From the NCBI RefSeq assembly GCF_001545115.1, contig NZ_FCNU01000022.1, forward strand, positions 88,544-152,543: a stretch of DNA of 64,000 nt. Direction: 5' to 3'. The translations under genes and the position numbers were made by a program. Shown one piece after another: positions 1 through 9,887 of the stretch. Below the pieces are notes generated by a model that was not told where the DNA came from, made no database searches, and saw nothing but the letters and a program-made list of their open reading frames with translations. This stretch comes from Candidatus Protochlamydia phocaeensis (GTDB lineage: Bacteria > Chlamydiota > Chlamydiia > Chlamydiales > Parachlamydiaceae). Numbering within the stretch: the first letter of the stretch is position 1; each line of letters starts with the position of its first letter.

Positions 1-1
1 G

Positions 2-1255
2 ATAGACGTTATCCTTAGTCGGCCTTGCGTCTATGGCGTCTTTTCAGGGCCTGTTGGCGGCTTTGCCCCCCGCGAACATCTATGTGTCGGTTGTTTGCGC
101 TGTACAACGCAATATCCAGAAATGGTGCACATTCTGCCAAACCCTGCTCGCCAAGAATTGGGCGATGGCTATTTTACGCCGGAATTTGTGGATACGGTCG
201 TTTATGAGGCCGAGAGCGGACGAGTGCCTGTTAAAGGAGCGGGATATAGGGGGAAATTCGGAGGTGCGGGTTGGGATGCCATGTGGACGGATATGTCGGA
301 AATTGTCAGGCCGACGCGAGATGGAATCCATGGACGAGAGTTCATTTCTACGGAAATTGATCTTGGCGGCAAAAAACCTTATTTGACCTTTAATCCATCT
401 GGCCTCCCGGTCGATACGCCTCATAAGACAATTAGCCTTCCTGTTCCTTTTCTATTTGATGCTTTACCTGGCAATACACTTGCGCAAGAGTCTGTATGCC
501 GCCTCTTAAGCGACGCGGCGCATCAACTCCAAACCCTGGCCATTTTGCCTTTGATGTCCTTATTGAACTTTTCTTTAAAAGGACGGCATCTCATCCCTCT
601 TATTCATCCTGGCGAAGAATCGGCGATTAAAGAGCTGAAATTTGATCCTTGCATGATTGAGCTTTCTGCCTGGGATGAAACTCTCTATCAAACCATTCAA
701 AAAGAATTTCCGGGGTCTTTGCCTGTCTTGCGAATAAACGGCGAAGGGGAAGATTTGCTGCATTATTTCCAAGCGGGCATACGCAATTTTCATCTAACGG
801 CAGATTATCATGGACGAGGGCGGAAAGGCGGATTTATTAAAGACTTAATTCGGCAAGCTCATTTAACTTTTGTACAGGCCAAATGCAGAGATGAAGTGTC
901 CTTTATTGGAAGCGGCGGAATGATTGCGGCTGAGCATATTCCCAAGGCTATCATTTGCGGTTTAGACGCCATTGCCCTAGACACCCCTATACTAGTAGCC
1001 CTACAAGCGCGCTTTCAGGGGTGTTGCTTAAATCGAGAAGAGAGCAATTTTCAACTTCCCGGCTCTTTGAATGTTGAATGGGGAAAACAGCGCTTGATTA
1101 ACTTAATAGAATCCTGGCGGGACCAGCTTTTGGAAATCCTAGGCGCCATGGGCATTCGCGAGGTTAGGCGCTTACGCGGGGAAATAGGACGAGCGATGTT
1201 TCAAGAGGATTTGGAAAAAGAGGCTTTTTCAGGAATTGCCGGCTATGACAGATAA
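2..1255 (+). CDS. Glutamate-synthase FMN-domain-like protein, divergent paralog. It is 5'-partial: the frame is open to the window start and the reported start at 95 is a TTG.
   Basis: Its C-terminal part (GSGGMIAAEHIPKAIICGLDAIALDTPILVALQ) parallels the ASGGIRTAYDIAKAIALGADGCVLGTAELVALGC motif of the next ORF. It lacks the GEGG and KPGxGG catalytic motifs. I checked frame 2 and found no stop from nt 2. Confidence 0.5.
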   Translation: MDVILSRPCVYGVFSGPVGGFAPREHLCVGCLRCTTQYPEMVHILPNPARQELGDGYFTPEFVDTVVYEAESGRVPVKGAGYRGKFGGAGWDAMWTDMSEIVRPTRDGIHGREFISTEIDLGGKKPYLTFNPSGLPVDTPHKTISLPVPFLFDALPGNTLAQESVCRLLSDAAHQLQTLAILPLMSLLNFSLKGRHLIPLIHPGEESAIKELKFDPCMIELSAWDETLYQTIQKEFPGSLPVLRINGEGEDLLHYFQAGIRNFHLTADYHGRGRKGGFIKDLIRQAHLTFVQAKCRDEVSFIGSGGMIAAEHIPKAIICGLDAIALDTPILVALQARFQGCCLNREESNFQLPGSLNVEWGKQRLINLIESWRDQLLEILGAMGIREVRRLRGEIGRAMFQEDLEKEAFSGIAGYDR

Positions 1256-2573
1256 ACCTTCGAATGAACAGCTTATTATCGATAAGCATACTGTTGCTTT
1301 GCGCCAAGGCTTTCATGCCTGGCCGACTTTGAAATACGGAAAAATGCCGGCTATGGGAGACTTCCGCTGGACAACGGATTTGATTCTGGCAACTTGGAAA
1401 CAGGCGGAGACGGGCTATCCGCCACTGGGAGGGCTGGATTATAAAAAAGGAGCTTCAGGAGGAGGCTTTGATTGTTTAGATTTTCGCTTTCTTGCAAAAG
1501 AGCAATGGCTGCCTTCTTCCTTCAGCCCTTCTCTTTCGCTGGCTTTAAATCGGCGCTCATATGATCAAAAAATGAACATTCCCATTCCTTTTTATGGGGC
1601 CGGCATGTCTTATGGATCAATTAGCGAATATATCATGCTTGCGCGGGCAAAGGCCGCCCAAAAATGGCAAACCTTTACCTGTACAGGCGAAGGGGGATAT
1701 CCGAATAGCTTAGTTCCATATAAGAATCATGTGATTACCCAAGTGGCGACGGGGATGTTTGGTGTACGGGAAGAAACCATTCAATATGCCCCTATCGTGG
1801 AATTTAAATATGCACAAGGTGCGAAGCCTGGCTTAGGCGGACATTTATTGGGAGATAAAGCAACCGTGGCTGTCGCTAAAATGCGAGAGGCTGTCCCCTG
1901 GGTTAGCTTATTTTCCCCTTTTCCTTTTCATAGCGTCTATTCGGTAGAAGATCATAAAAAACATATCGATTGGATCAAAACGGTTAATCCGCAAGCCCTT
2001 ATTGCTGTCAAAGTCTCTACTCCCATTGATGTCGATATGGTGGCGGTCGGAAGCTTTTATGCCAATGCCCATATTTTGCAAATTGACGGAGGGTATGGGG
2101 GAACGGGCGCGGCCCCGCAGATTGCAAAAAAGAATATTGCCATGCCAATTGAATTGGCTATCCCCAAAGTTCATCGCTATCTGGTTGCCGAAGGCATTCG
2201 CGATGAAATTGTCGTAATGGCAAGCGGCGGCATTCGAACAGCTTATGATATAGCCAAGGCCATCGCATTGGGAGCTGATGGATGTGTGCTGGGGACGGCT
2301 GAGCTAGTCGCCCTTGGCTGCACACGATGTGCGAATTGCGAAAGAGGGCGCGGCTGTCCTTTTGGCTTGACGACGACGGATCCCGAACTCATGCAGTTGG
2401 TTGATCCCGACTGGGGGGCCGAACGTATCAGCAACCTTTATGCATCTTTTGCCCATCAACTACAGGACATCCTCAGAAAATTGGGACTGAAGTCCATTCA
2501 AGAGCTGAGGGGAAGAACAGATCTATTGACTTATGCCAAAGAACCAACTCATTATGAACAGCCAGTCCGATAA
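1236..2573 (+). CDS. Glutamate synthase FMN-binding domain protein, archaeal-type GltB domain 2 with a C-terminal Cys cluster.
   Basis: Canonical GOGAT FMN-domain motifs are present: CTGEGGYP, AKPGLGGHLLGDK, SPFPFHSVYSVEDH, DGGYGGTGAAP and ASGGIRT. A CTRCANCERGRGCPFG 4-Cys motif follows. The start overlaps the upstream ORF by 20 nt. Confidence 0.8.
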   Translation: MPAMTDKPSNEQLIIDKHTVALRQGFHAWPTLKYGKMPAMGDFRWTTDLILATWKQAETGYPPLGGLDYKKGASGGGFDCLDFRFLAKEQWLPSSFSPSLSLALNRRSYDQKMNIPIPFYGAGMSYGSISEYIMLARAKAAQKWQTFTCTGEGGYPNSLVPYKNHVITQVATGMFGVREETIQYAPIVEFKYAQGAKPGLGGHLLGDKATVAVAKMREAVPWVSLFSPFPFHSVYSVEDHKKHIDWIKTVNPQALIAVKVSTPIDVDMVAVGSFYANAHILQIDGGYGGTGAAPQIAKKNIAMPIELAIPKVHRYLVAEGIRDEIVVMASGGIRTAYDIAKAIALGADGCVLGTAELVALGCTRCANCERGRGCPFGLTTTDPELMQLVDPDWGAERISNLYASFAHQLQDILRKLGLKSIQELRGRTDLLTYAKEPTHYEQPVR

Positions 2574-5157
2574 AATTCAAAAATTATTAAATTCCAAAGC
2601 GGCTCTTAGTCCCTTCTCTTCTGCGGAGATCCGCAAAGTCGAAGCCGAGGGTGGTTGTGGAGTGATCGGATTGGCTTCAACAGAAAGACTCCCGGGGAGG
2701 CATTTGCTGAGCGCTTTATATCAAATGCGCAACCGAGGAAATGGCAAGGGAGGGGGGATTGCAGCCGTGGGGCTTTCCGCCCAGCATTTAGGCACAACCC
2801 AAGCTATCTTAGATAACAATTACTTATTGGCCATCGCCTATTTAGATAAACAATGCCAAGTGGAAGTCGAACGGGACTACATTCATCCCTTATTTGAAAT
2901 TGATCATATGCATGGGATGCCGCACGTCGAAGACTTTAAAGGCATTCCCGGCATTGATATCCTTCCGCCTGAGGTCTGTCTTTATTTTGTTAGAGTCAAA
3001 TCCAGCGCTTATGAAGTGTTTCGCGATCAGCATAATTTGGCTTCTTTATCTCAATCCGCGATTGAAGATGAGATGGTCTATCAGAACTCTTATCGCTTAA
3101 ATCTGGCCTTTTATGCTTCGATAGGAGAAAAGCGCGCGTTTGTCCTTTCACATGCCAAAAACTTGCTGGTGTTAAAGATGGTTGGTTATGGCGACGACGT
3201 CATCCGCTATTATCAGCTTGAAGAGTTTCCGGCTCATGTTTGGATCGGCCATCACCGTTATCCCACTAAAGGACGGGTTTGGCATCCTGGAGGAGCCCAT
3301 CCTTTTGTCGGATTAAACGAAGCGCTTGTCCATAATGGCGACTTTGCCAATTATTTCTCCATGTGCGAATATTTAGCGCAAAGAAACATTCATCCTCTTT
3401 TCTTAACAGATACGGAAGCCGCCGCGCTTATTTTTGATCTCTTTGCCCGCAATTACAATTATCCCTTAGAATATGTCATTGAAGCATTGGCCCCTACAAC
3501 AGAGCGCGACTTCGCTCTCCTGTCTCAAGAAAAGCAGGTCATTTATGAAATGATCCAAAAAACGCATATTCACGGTTCTCCGGACGGTCCGTGGTTCTTC
3601 TTGATTGCCCAGTCGCTAATCGAGAACGCCACTCCCTTTTACAGGCTTATTGGGATTACAGATACCAGCATGCTTCGTCCGCAGGTGTTCGCCTTGCAGA
3701 AAGGAGAGGTGTCCATTGGACTGGCTGCGTCAGAAAAGCAAGCCATTGATGCGGCATTAAAAAGTTTAGCTGAAGAAGATGGCCGGTTCTGGCCTTGTGC
3801 AGACTATTACTGGAATGCAAGAGGAGGGAGCTATACAGATGGAGGCGCTTTTATTTTTACCGTCCAACCTCAGCCGAATGGCAAGGCGACGCTCACTTGT
3901 ACAGATAAATTTGGACGTGCGATTTATAAGCGTCAGGAAAAACCTTATGCCGATTTTAAAGCCATTTTAGGTTCGCGTTTTCCTACTCAAGCCTTTATAG
4001 ATCTTCCCTCCGATAAGCTTTTTGCTTGGGTCAAGCAAAAGTCTTTTGAATGGACATATGAGCAAATGATGGAATTTCTTGCCGCTTTAAATCAAAATGC
4101 GGTTGACGACTATCATATTCAGCGGGCAATAGAAGTCACTTCAAAGCTTATTGATTATGCGGGCTCAACCCAATACATGCGGCAAAGCTGTCTTCAGGCT
4201 TTGTTTCATCAGAGCTTGTCCGATCTGATTGAGACAATTGCCCGCCAGCCGACTTTTTCTTATGCATATTTAAATTTTAAAAGCGAGCGTCCCTACCCAT
4301 TAATCGATACGCAAACGTTGATTATCGATGCCCGCGGTTTTCCGGCAGAGGGAGAGAACTCGCTTGCCTTGGAAATTGTTAAAATGGTTAAAAGGGGATT
4401 CAAGCGATTTATGATCGTTCATTGCCAAGGGCAGCGCTTCATAGGCAATGGATTAGGAGCCGGTTCGCAAGGAATCAGAATAGATGTGTATGGCTCCTCG
4501 GGAGACTATTTAGCATCCGGCATTGATGGAGCCACCATTTTCGTGCACGGATCTGCTCAAGATCAGCTTGCTCAAATTATGAAGGAAGGAACGCTTGTCG
4601 TGCATGGGGATATCGGGCAGACTTTCATGTATGGGGCAAAAGGAGGTAAGGCGTTCGTGCGAGGCAACGCAGCGGGACGCCCCTTAATAAATGCTGTTGG
4701 AAAACCGCGCGTTGTCATTAATGGCACTTGTTTGGATTATTTGGCCGAGTCTTTCATGGCCGGAGATCCGCTAAAAGGTGGCGGCTTTGTCATTATCAAC
4801 GGAATTTTGCTAAATGAAGAAGGGGGGATTACGGAACTAGACACGCCTTATGCGGGAAGCAATTTATTTTCGCTAGCGTCAGGCGGCGCCATTTATCTGC
4901 GAGATCCGGGCCGCAAAGTGGGCGAAGAACAGCTTAACGGAGGCGAATTCCAGGAGATGACCAACCATGATTGGGAACTTATTTTACTTTATTTGGAAGA
5001 AAATTTCCGTCTTTTTAATATTCCGATTGCGCGTTTGCTCGAATATGAAGGAAAAACATTAGAATTTAAAGACGTCTATCGTAAGATTGGCCCCTTGCAT
5101 GTACGCATTTTACAAGAAGAAGAGGCGTGGGTGCGAGGAAAGGGCCGCTCGCCATAA
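2533..5157 (+). CDS. Fusion protein with an N-terminal class-II (Ntn) glutamine amidotransferase domain and a C-terminal GXGXG domain (GltB domain 3).
   Basis: The N-terminus has GGCGVIGLAS…RGNGKGGGIA (Ntn-GATase) with the catalytic Cys about 41 residues in, implying a propeptide. The C-terminus has GNGLGAGSQGIRIDVYGSSGDYLASG…GKPRVVINGTCLDYLAESFMAG, the GXGXG repeat domain. It overlaps the previous ORF by 41 nt. Confidence 0.75.
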   Translation: MPKNQLIMNSQSDKIQKLLNSKAALSPFSSAEIRKVEAEGGCGVIGLASTERLPGRHLLSALYQMRNRGNGKGGGIAAVGLSAQHLGTTQAILDNNYLLAIAYLDKQCQVEVERDYIHPLFEIDHMHGMPHVEDFKGIPGIDILPPEVCLYFVRVKSSAYEVFRDQHNLASLSQSAIEDEMVYQNSYRLNLAFYASIGEKRAFVLSHAKNLLVLKMVGYGDDVIRYYQLEEFPAHVWIGHHRYPTKGRVWHPGGAHPFVGLNEALVHNGDFANYFSMCEYLAQRNIHPLFLTDTEAAALIFDLFARNYNYPLEYVIEALAPTTERDFALLSQEKQVIYEMIQKTHIHGSPDGPWFFLIAQSLIENATPFYRLIGITDTSMLRPQVFALQKGEVSIGLAASEKQAIDAALKSLAEEDGRFWPCADYYWNARGGSYTDGGAFIFTVQPQPNGKATLTCTDKFGRAIYKRQEKPYADFKAILGSRFPTQAFIDLPSDKLFAWVKQKSFEWTYEQMMEFLAALNQNAVDDYHIQRAIEVTSKLIDYAGSTQYMRQSCLQALFHQSLSDLIETIARQPTFSYAYLNFKSERPYPLIDTQTLIIDARGFPAEGENSLALEIVKMVKRGFKRFMIVHCQGQRFIGNGLGAGSQGIRIDVYGSSGDYLASGIDGATIFVHGSAQDQLAQIMKEGTLVVHGDIGQTFMYGAKGGKAFVRGNAAGRPLINAVGKPRVVINGTCLDYLAESFMAGDPLKGGGFVIINGILLNEEGGITELDTPYAGSNLFSLASGGAIYLRDPGRKVGEEQLNGGEFQEMTNHDWELILLYLEENFRLFNIPIARLLEYEGKTLEFKDVYRKIGPLHVRILQEEEAWVRGKGRSP

Positions 5158-5175
5158 AGCAACAAATGAGACTGT

Positions 5176-5994
5176 ATGCCTAATATCCCTTTGCAAAAGA
5201 AAACAGGAATGCCGCTTATTGGACTCGGAACATGGAAATTAAATGGGAAAGAATGTGAACAGGTTCTGCATACGGCTTTAGAATTGGGTTACCGGCATAT
5301 TGACACGGCCGATACCTATCAGAACCATTTGGCAATTGGGCAAGTGATCAAATCCTGCCCCCAGCGCGAGCAGCTTTTCCTTACGACCAAGCTTTCGATA
5401 GATAGCCTGTTGCCTCATCAGGTCGAGGCTGCGGTACCACGCTTTTTAGAAGACTTACATGTCAATTATCTCGATTTGCTTCTCATTCATTGGCCGAATC
5501 CGAACGTCTCTTTAGACCAAACGCTCCTCGCTATGCAGGCCTTTCAGAAGCAAGGCATTGTGCGAAAAATTGGAGTCAGCAATTTTGTCCGCTCGCATTT
5601 CGAATGCTTGGCTTCTTATCGCTTTCCCATTGCAGTCAACCAAATTGAAATGCACCCTTATCTGCAAAGAAGGCCTTTAGTCCATTATTGCCGCCAACAC
5701 GAAATCTCTCTTACCGCTTATCGCCCTTTAGCAAAAGGAGCGTTCGAACAAAATGAAATTTTAAAGGCAATCGGAGCTAAATATAAAAAGACAGCCTCGC
5801 AGGTTGCTCTAAATTGGCTCGTTCAACAGGATATCGTCGTTATCCCCAAAGCGGCTTCAGCTAAGCATCTTAAAGATAATTTAGCTTTATTTGATTTTGA
5901 GTTGTCCGCAGAGGATCGGCAACAAATCGCTCAATTAGAATCCGGTAGGCGATTTTGCAATCCTGCCGATTTACCTGTCTGTGAAGACGAATAA
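5176..5994 (+). CDS. Aldo/keto reductase of the 2,5-diketo-D-gluconate reductase-like AKR family.
   Basis: GLGTWKL…YRHIDTADTYQNH and IHWPNP motifs are present at the expected 272-aa size. It lies 18 nt downstream of the GATase-GXGXG gene. Confidence 0.8.
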   Translation: MPNIPLQKKTGMPLIGLGTWKLNGKECEQVLHTALELGYRHIDTADTYQNHLAIGQVIKSCPQREQLFLTTKLSIDSLLPHQVEAAVPRFLEDLHVNYLDLLLIHWPNPNVSLDQTLLAMQAFQKQGIVRKIGVSNFVRSHFECLASYRFPIAVNQIEMHPYLQRRPLVHYCRQHEISLTAYRPLAKGAFEQNEILKAIGAKYKKTASQVALNWLVQQDIVVIPKAASAKHLKDNLALFDFELSAEDRQQIAQLESGRRFCNPADLPVCEDE

Positions 5995-6092
5995 CCTGAG
6001 TGAAATTAAAAAATACTGAAAAACACTTTTGATACACTTACTGACCCATGACACTTTCCGTTTTCAGGCTGATGAGATCTTTAAAGATAAAT

Positions 6093-6974
6093 TTAAGCTT
6101 TCTTTCCATTGATAGGCTCAAATCTTTGAACGGCCATTGCTCCTAAACTTTCCGAAGCATGGGGATCAGGGGTCGGTTCTACTATAACTAGATACTTTTT
6201 ATCTGGATGCACATCAAGAATAGACGCTTTAAAATGACGGGATTCTTCGGAGCCAATCCCTCCTACATCACGTACGGTTTCTTCACACCGTGTAAACATT
6301 GAAACACGGGAGAACCCAGGCAGAGAATGCGGAATAGGGGTTAAAAATCGCAAGGCTATCATCTCTATTATTCTTGGCAAAGAACTGTTACGCTCTTTTA
6401 TCAATGCCTTTTGCTGCTCAAAAGATAATTTTTGACTATTTTTCATAGCAAAATGGGGCATAGCGACTACATACGTTTCTTGAATAGGGATATCGCAATA
6501 ACCGACATGGATATGAAGATAAGGACCGGATAAAGAAGCTAAATGCTGTGTAGAGATTTGCTCAATACTTCTCAATGTGTTTATTGTAAGACCTTTAGGA
6601 ATCTTTAAAAATGTTATTCCTTTATTTTCCTCTCCTTGAAATACTTTTTGTAGCACAGCTAAGATTTCATCATCTGAAAGCATTTTTTCACATTCTGAAT
6701 CGAAATCACATCCTTTAAATATCTCTTGTCCTTCTAAAGCTTGTATAAATTTTTTCCATTCTTTTGTATCAAAGAAAGTGGCTTTGGCAGCATTTTTATA
6801 AATCCTAGATTTATTTTTATTGAGTGTCTCATTCCATAACTTACATACCAAACGAATAGAGGATAAATCTTTTATGAAAAATTTTTCAAAAACATTGCTT
6901 AGACAATTTTCGTCCAAGTTAATCGTCATGTTTACCAACTGACTAGAAGCGCCTGTTATAGCCGTCATTATCAA
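6093..6974 (-). CDS. Hypothetical protein with an N-terminal F-box-like motif.
   Basis: The N-terminus reads NCLSNVFEKFFIKDLSSIRLVCKLWNETL, an L-x-x-I/V…L-x-x-V-C/S-K-x-W pattern typical of F-box domains. There is no other recognisable domain. Confidence 0.45.
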   Translation of the reverse strand: MIMTAITGASSQLVNMTINLDENCLSNVFEKFFIKDLSSIRLVCKLWNETLNKNKSRIYKNAAKATFFDTKEWKKFIQALEGQEIFKGCDFDSECEKMLSDDEILAVLQKVFQGEENKGITFLKIPKGLTINTLRSIEQISTQHLASLSGPYLHIHVGYCDIPIQETYVVAMPHFAMKNSQKLSFEQQKALIKERNSSLPRIIEMIALRFLTPIPHSLPGFSRVSMFTRCEETVRDVGGIGSEESRHFKASILDVHPDKKYLVIVEPTPDPHASESLGAMAVQRFEPINGKKA

Positions 6975-7217
6975 TCCTTAAAGATTTAAAGGTCCTTTAA
7001 AATTTCTAGATAGTCTGAGACAGACAGAGTTATCTCCGATTACAGGATAAATAAAAGACTTAATTGTGCAATATAATTTGTTAAGTTTGGGAGTTGCTGT
7101 TCAAACGAGCAGTTAACGTCTTATTTAAGTAATTTTAATATTTTTTTTATTTTAGTTTTATATTATATTTAAATAATAATTATAATAAAAGAGTGTTTTT
7201 TTTTGAATTGAGGTTTT

Positions 7218-8504
7218 ATGGGAATTAGCGTTGGAACATTTAATATCTTGGATCCAAATTTTGCCGTGAGCCATAATCAGGCAGAAGGATTATCAGCACC
7301 GGGGAAAAGTAATTGGGGTAGCCGGAAAGAGGGAATCGTTCGATTAATTCAAAGTTCCCATTTAGATGTCATTTGTCTGCAAGAAATAAGCGCGCGTTCT
7401 TTGAATGATATGAAGGCGGCGATTGAAGCGCAAGGATATGAAATCGTCCATGTTCCGCATTCAGGCAGAATAGATGGCTTGGCCATCCTATATAAGAAAG
7501 GAAAATTAGAGCCCAAGGATTTTCGCGTTTTATCAAAGCATGGATTAGAGTCTTGCTATGTGGATTTAAAAGATCAGACAACGGGAAAGATGATTCGCGT
7601 TGCAAATTGCCATCTTTTGGGAGGGCCAAAGTCGAATCAAGGAACTGAACAGATAGAAGCACTGGTTAAAGAGGTCGATAAAGAGGCTAATCATCCCATT
7701 GATGCTCGCATTATTGTCGGAGATTTTAATGCGGATGAAAAGCAATTGAACCAGACGAACTCAAAATTTCAAGCTTTAAAACAGGCAAATTACGCATTCG
7801 ATGGCAATTTAAGTCCGACTGAACCGGGTAAAAATCGGCATATTGATTGGATTTGGGTTCGCTCTTCCGCTCAGCTGGCTTCGCTTGCCGTTCCTCATCC
7901 GTCTGTTCCTGTCAGTGACCATCAGCTGCTGGCAACGCAATTGAACTTTCAAGCGACAGTCTTGTCGAATAATCCGCTTCCGTCAACGCTTTCTCAGGTC
8001 ATCTCAGCTCCTTTTCAGCATACACAGCCGAATAGATCGTTTAGGGCTAAAATGATGAGCCATTTCTCCGTAACAGGATGGGATGCTGGCTCAAAGAAAA
8101 GCTTTGCCGAAAAATTAGACGGAATCTTAACCCAATGCGCGAATGCAAATCCTTTTTTGCCGACTATCCGGCAAAAGTTTGCAGAATACGTCGATACGTT
8201 ATTGATGACAGCGAGTGAAAGACAAATGTTGAGAGAGGATTTGGAGAGAGCAATCCAAGCGGCCCAAGAAATGGCAACAAGAGAGAGGGTGCGAGCTCGA
8301 GCGATGTCTGCCTTGCAGACAGGCTCTGTGTCCATTCCCGCTTCCGGCATAGGCTCCCTATCTCAGGAAGATAATAGGACGCCTGCTCCTCTTGCTTCGA
8401 GACCTAGCAATCCTTCAACAGCACCTGTCACGCTTTTTCAGCATGTAAAGGCCTTTTTTAGGGGAATTGCCAGCTTTTTTTCAAGACTCTTTGGCTTTCG
8501 CTAA
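7218..8504 (+). CDS. Endonuclease/exonuclease/phosphatase (EEP) family protein with a Ser/Pro-rich C-terminal extension.
   Basis: DVICLQEI (EEP motif I), GDFNAD and the C-terminal catalytic VPVSDHQLL motif are present. The last ~100 aa are low-complexity S/P/A-rich. An AT-rich promoter region lies upstream (7100-7217). Confidence 0.7.
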   Translation: MGISVGTFNILDPNFAVSHNQAEGLSAPGKSNWGSRKEGIVRLIQSSHLDVICLQEISARSLNDMKAAIEAQGYEIVHVPHSGRIDGLAILYKKGKLEPKDFRVLSKHGLESCYVDLKDQTTGKMIRVANCHLLGGPKSNQGTEQIEALVKEVDKEANHPIDARIIVGDFNADEKQLNQTNSKFQALKQANYAFDGNLSPTEPGKNRHIDWIWVRSSAQLASLAVPHPSVPVSDHQLLATQLNFQATVLSNNPLPSTLSQVISAPFQHTQPNRSFRAKMMSHFSVTGWDAGSKKSFAEKLDGILTQCANANPFLPTIRQKFAEYVDTLLMTASERQMLREDLERAIQAAQEMATRERVRARAMSALQTGSVSIPASGIGSLSQEDNRTPAPLASRPSNPSTAPVTLFQHVKAFFRGIASFFSRLFGFR

Positions 8505-8612
8505 GGACGCCCCTTAGCCGAAGCAAAAATAATTGCTGCTTATTACTTCTTTAGGCGTTTCTCTATGCGGTCCGGGTTTCAGTGTTTAATCCCGCGCGCA
8601 AATTTTAGTGAA

Positions 8613-9653
8613 TTAAAGCGCATTAAGGGCCTTTAAAAGAGCGGTTATTTCGCGGAAGCCAATTTTAGGTTCACTAAATAAGACGTAAGATGTTTGAGAG
8701 GAAGGGTGAAATTTCTCCCAAAATTTCTTGCGGCCATCCAAATGAAAAATTCCCCTTACGGCATTATATGTCTGACGCGCAATCCATGCGGCAAAGGGGC
8801 TAAGTCCGACGATTTCGCCGAGATGGCGGGAAGGTACGGCGCCAAAAGTGACATATGAACAATTCTCCTTGCTAAGCGCCTCTAAGACTGTTACGACAAG
8901 CAATTCCGGAGTCCCATGTGAAGCAGTCGGTTTAAACATGAGATGATTAAGGAGCCAGCCATTTTTAGCTTGCAACTGATTGAGGATGGCTACGCCGGTT
9001 ATTTGATCATTTTGCCTAGCATAAAACCAACGCTTTCCTGGACGGTTTTCGAAAAGATGGATGTGTGAAATGTGAAATTGTGGGCCTCTGCGTCCTTTTA
9101 ACCACGCTACTCCTACTTCTTCAATGGCTTTTTCTAATTTCGGATCGGGTGTGGTATATTCTTGCACAGTCATCCCTTCTTTAAGGGCATGTCTGACCTT
9201 TCTTCGCACTAAACTGCCATTTACTCCTTCATGCGATCTAGGGTCTGAATGAGGATCGATGCAGATTTCTTCTCCAAATTCAATTTTTGCCTTGCAAACA
9301 TATTGAAGGGCCCAATCCGCAAAGTTTTTCGATGCAATGATATAAATGACCGGCCAGCCGTTCTGCCGGCAATAAAGATGAAAAGCGGGGACTAGCGTCG
9401 GAAGAGCGGAAGGCGCACAGACCGGTTCCCCAAAGACTATGGCACAGCCAGCTTTGATGCGATAACCGATCAATCCCTGAATAGCGGGCAAGCTAAAGGT
9501 CTGAGTCGCCGGATCGAGAATGGCGTCAGAAGTCGATCCTCCCCATTTTCTAAGATATTCCAATACTTGATTTGGTTGGGAAATGTTAACAGACGAATGG
9601 TTTTCCATATTTAAGCGCGAAGGCTCTTCTGTTTGAATATCCATGCTATTCAT
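8613..9653 (-). CDS. Stand-alone DUF2156-like protein, related to the C-terminal aminoacyl-phosphatidylglycerol synthase domain of MprF.
   Basis: At ~346 aa it is soluble and lacks the MprF N-terminal TM flippase region. The call rests on family-level resemblance only. Confidence 0.35.
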   Translation of the reverse strand: MNSMDIQTEEPSRLNMENHSSVNISQPNQVLEYLRKWGGSTSDAILDPATQTFSLPAIQGLIGYRIKAGCAIVFGEPVCAPSALPTLVPAFHLYCRQNGWPVIYIIASKNFADWALQYVCKAKIEFGEEICIDPHSDPRSHEGVNGSLVRRKVRHALKEGMTVQEYTTPDPKLEKAIEEVGVAWLKGRRGPQFHISHIHLFENRPGKRWFYARQNDQITGVAILNQLQAKNGWLLNHLMFKPTASHGTPELLVVTVLEALSKENCSYVTFGAVPSRHLGEIVGLSPFAAWIARQTYNAVRGIFHLDGRKKFWEKFHPSSQTSYVLFSEPKIGFREITALLKALNAL

Positions 9654-9887
9654 CTATAAAAGTTATGATTTTATACGCATGCATAAGCCTGCCTGAAATA
9701 ACCGGTGTAAGCGTGAAACAAGTGTGGGTGGTGAAAATCAAAGATTTTAGAGGCAAGCCGGCTTGATTTAATTAATAGAAATAAATTTAATTTATAGCAA
9801 GAAAACAAACGAGAGGAGCAAGGCATTTTGTTGACAGCCTTTGTAAAAGTATGTGCAGTCAGAAAATGCCTTAAGAAGCCTATAGGG

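Noticed and set aside
95-1255. Treating ORF 95-1255 as a complete gene starting at position 95.
   Set aside because: Position 95 is a TTG and the frame is open all the way to nt 2. The gene most likely begins upstream of the window, so I annotated it as 5'-partial.
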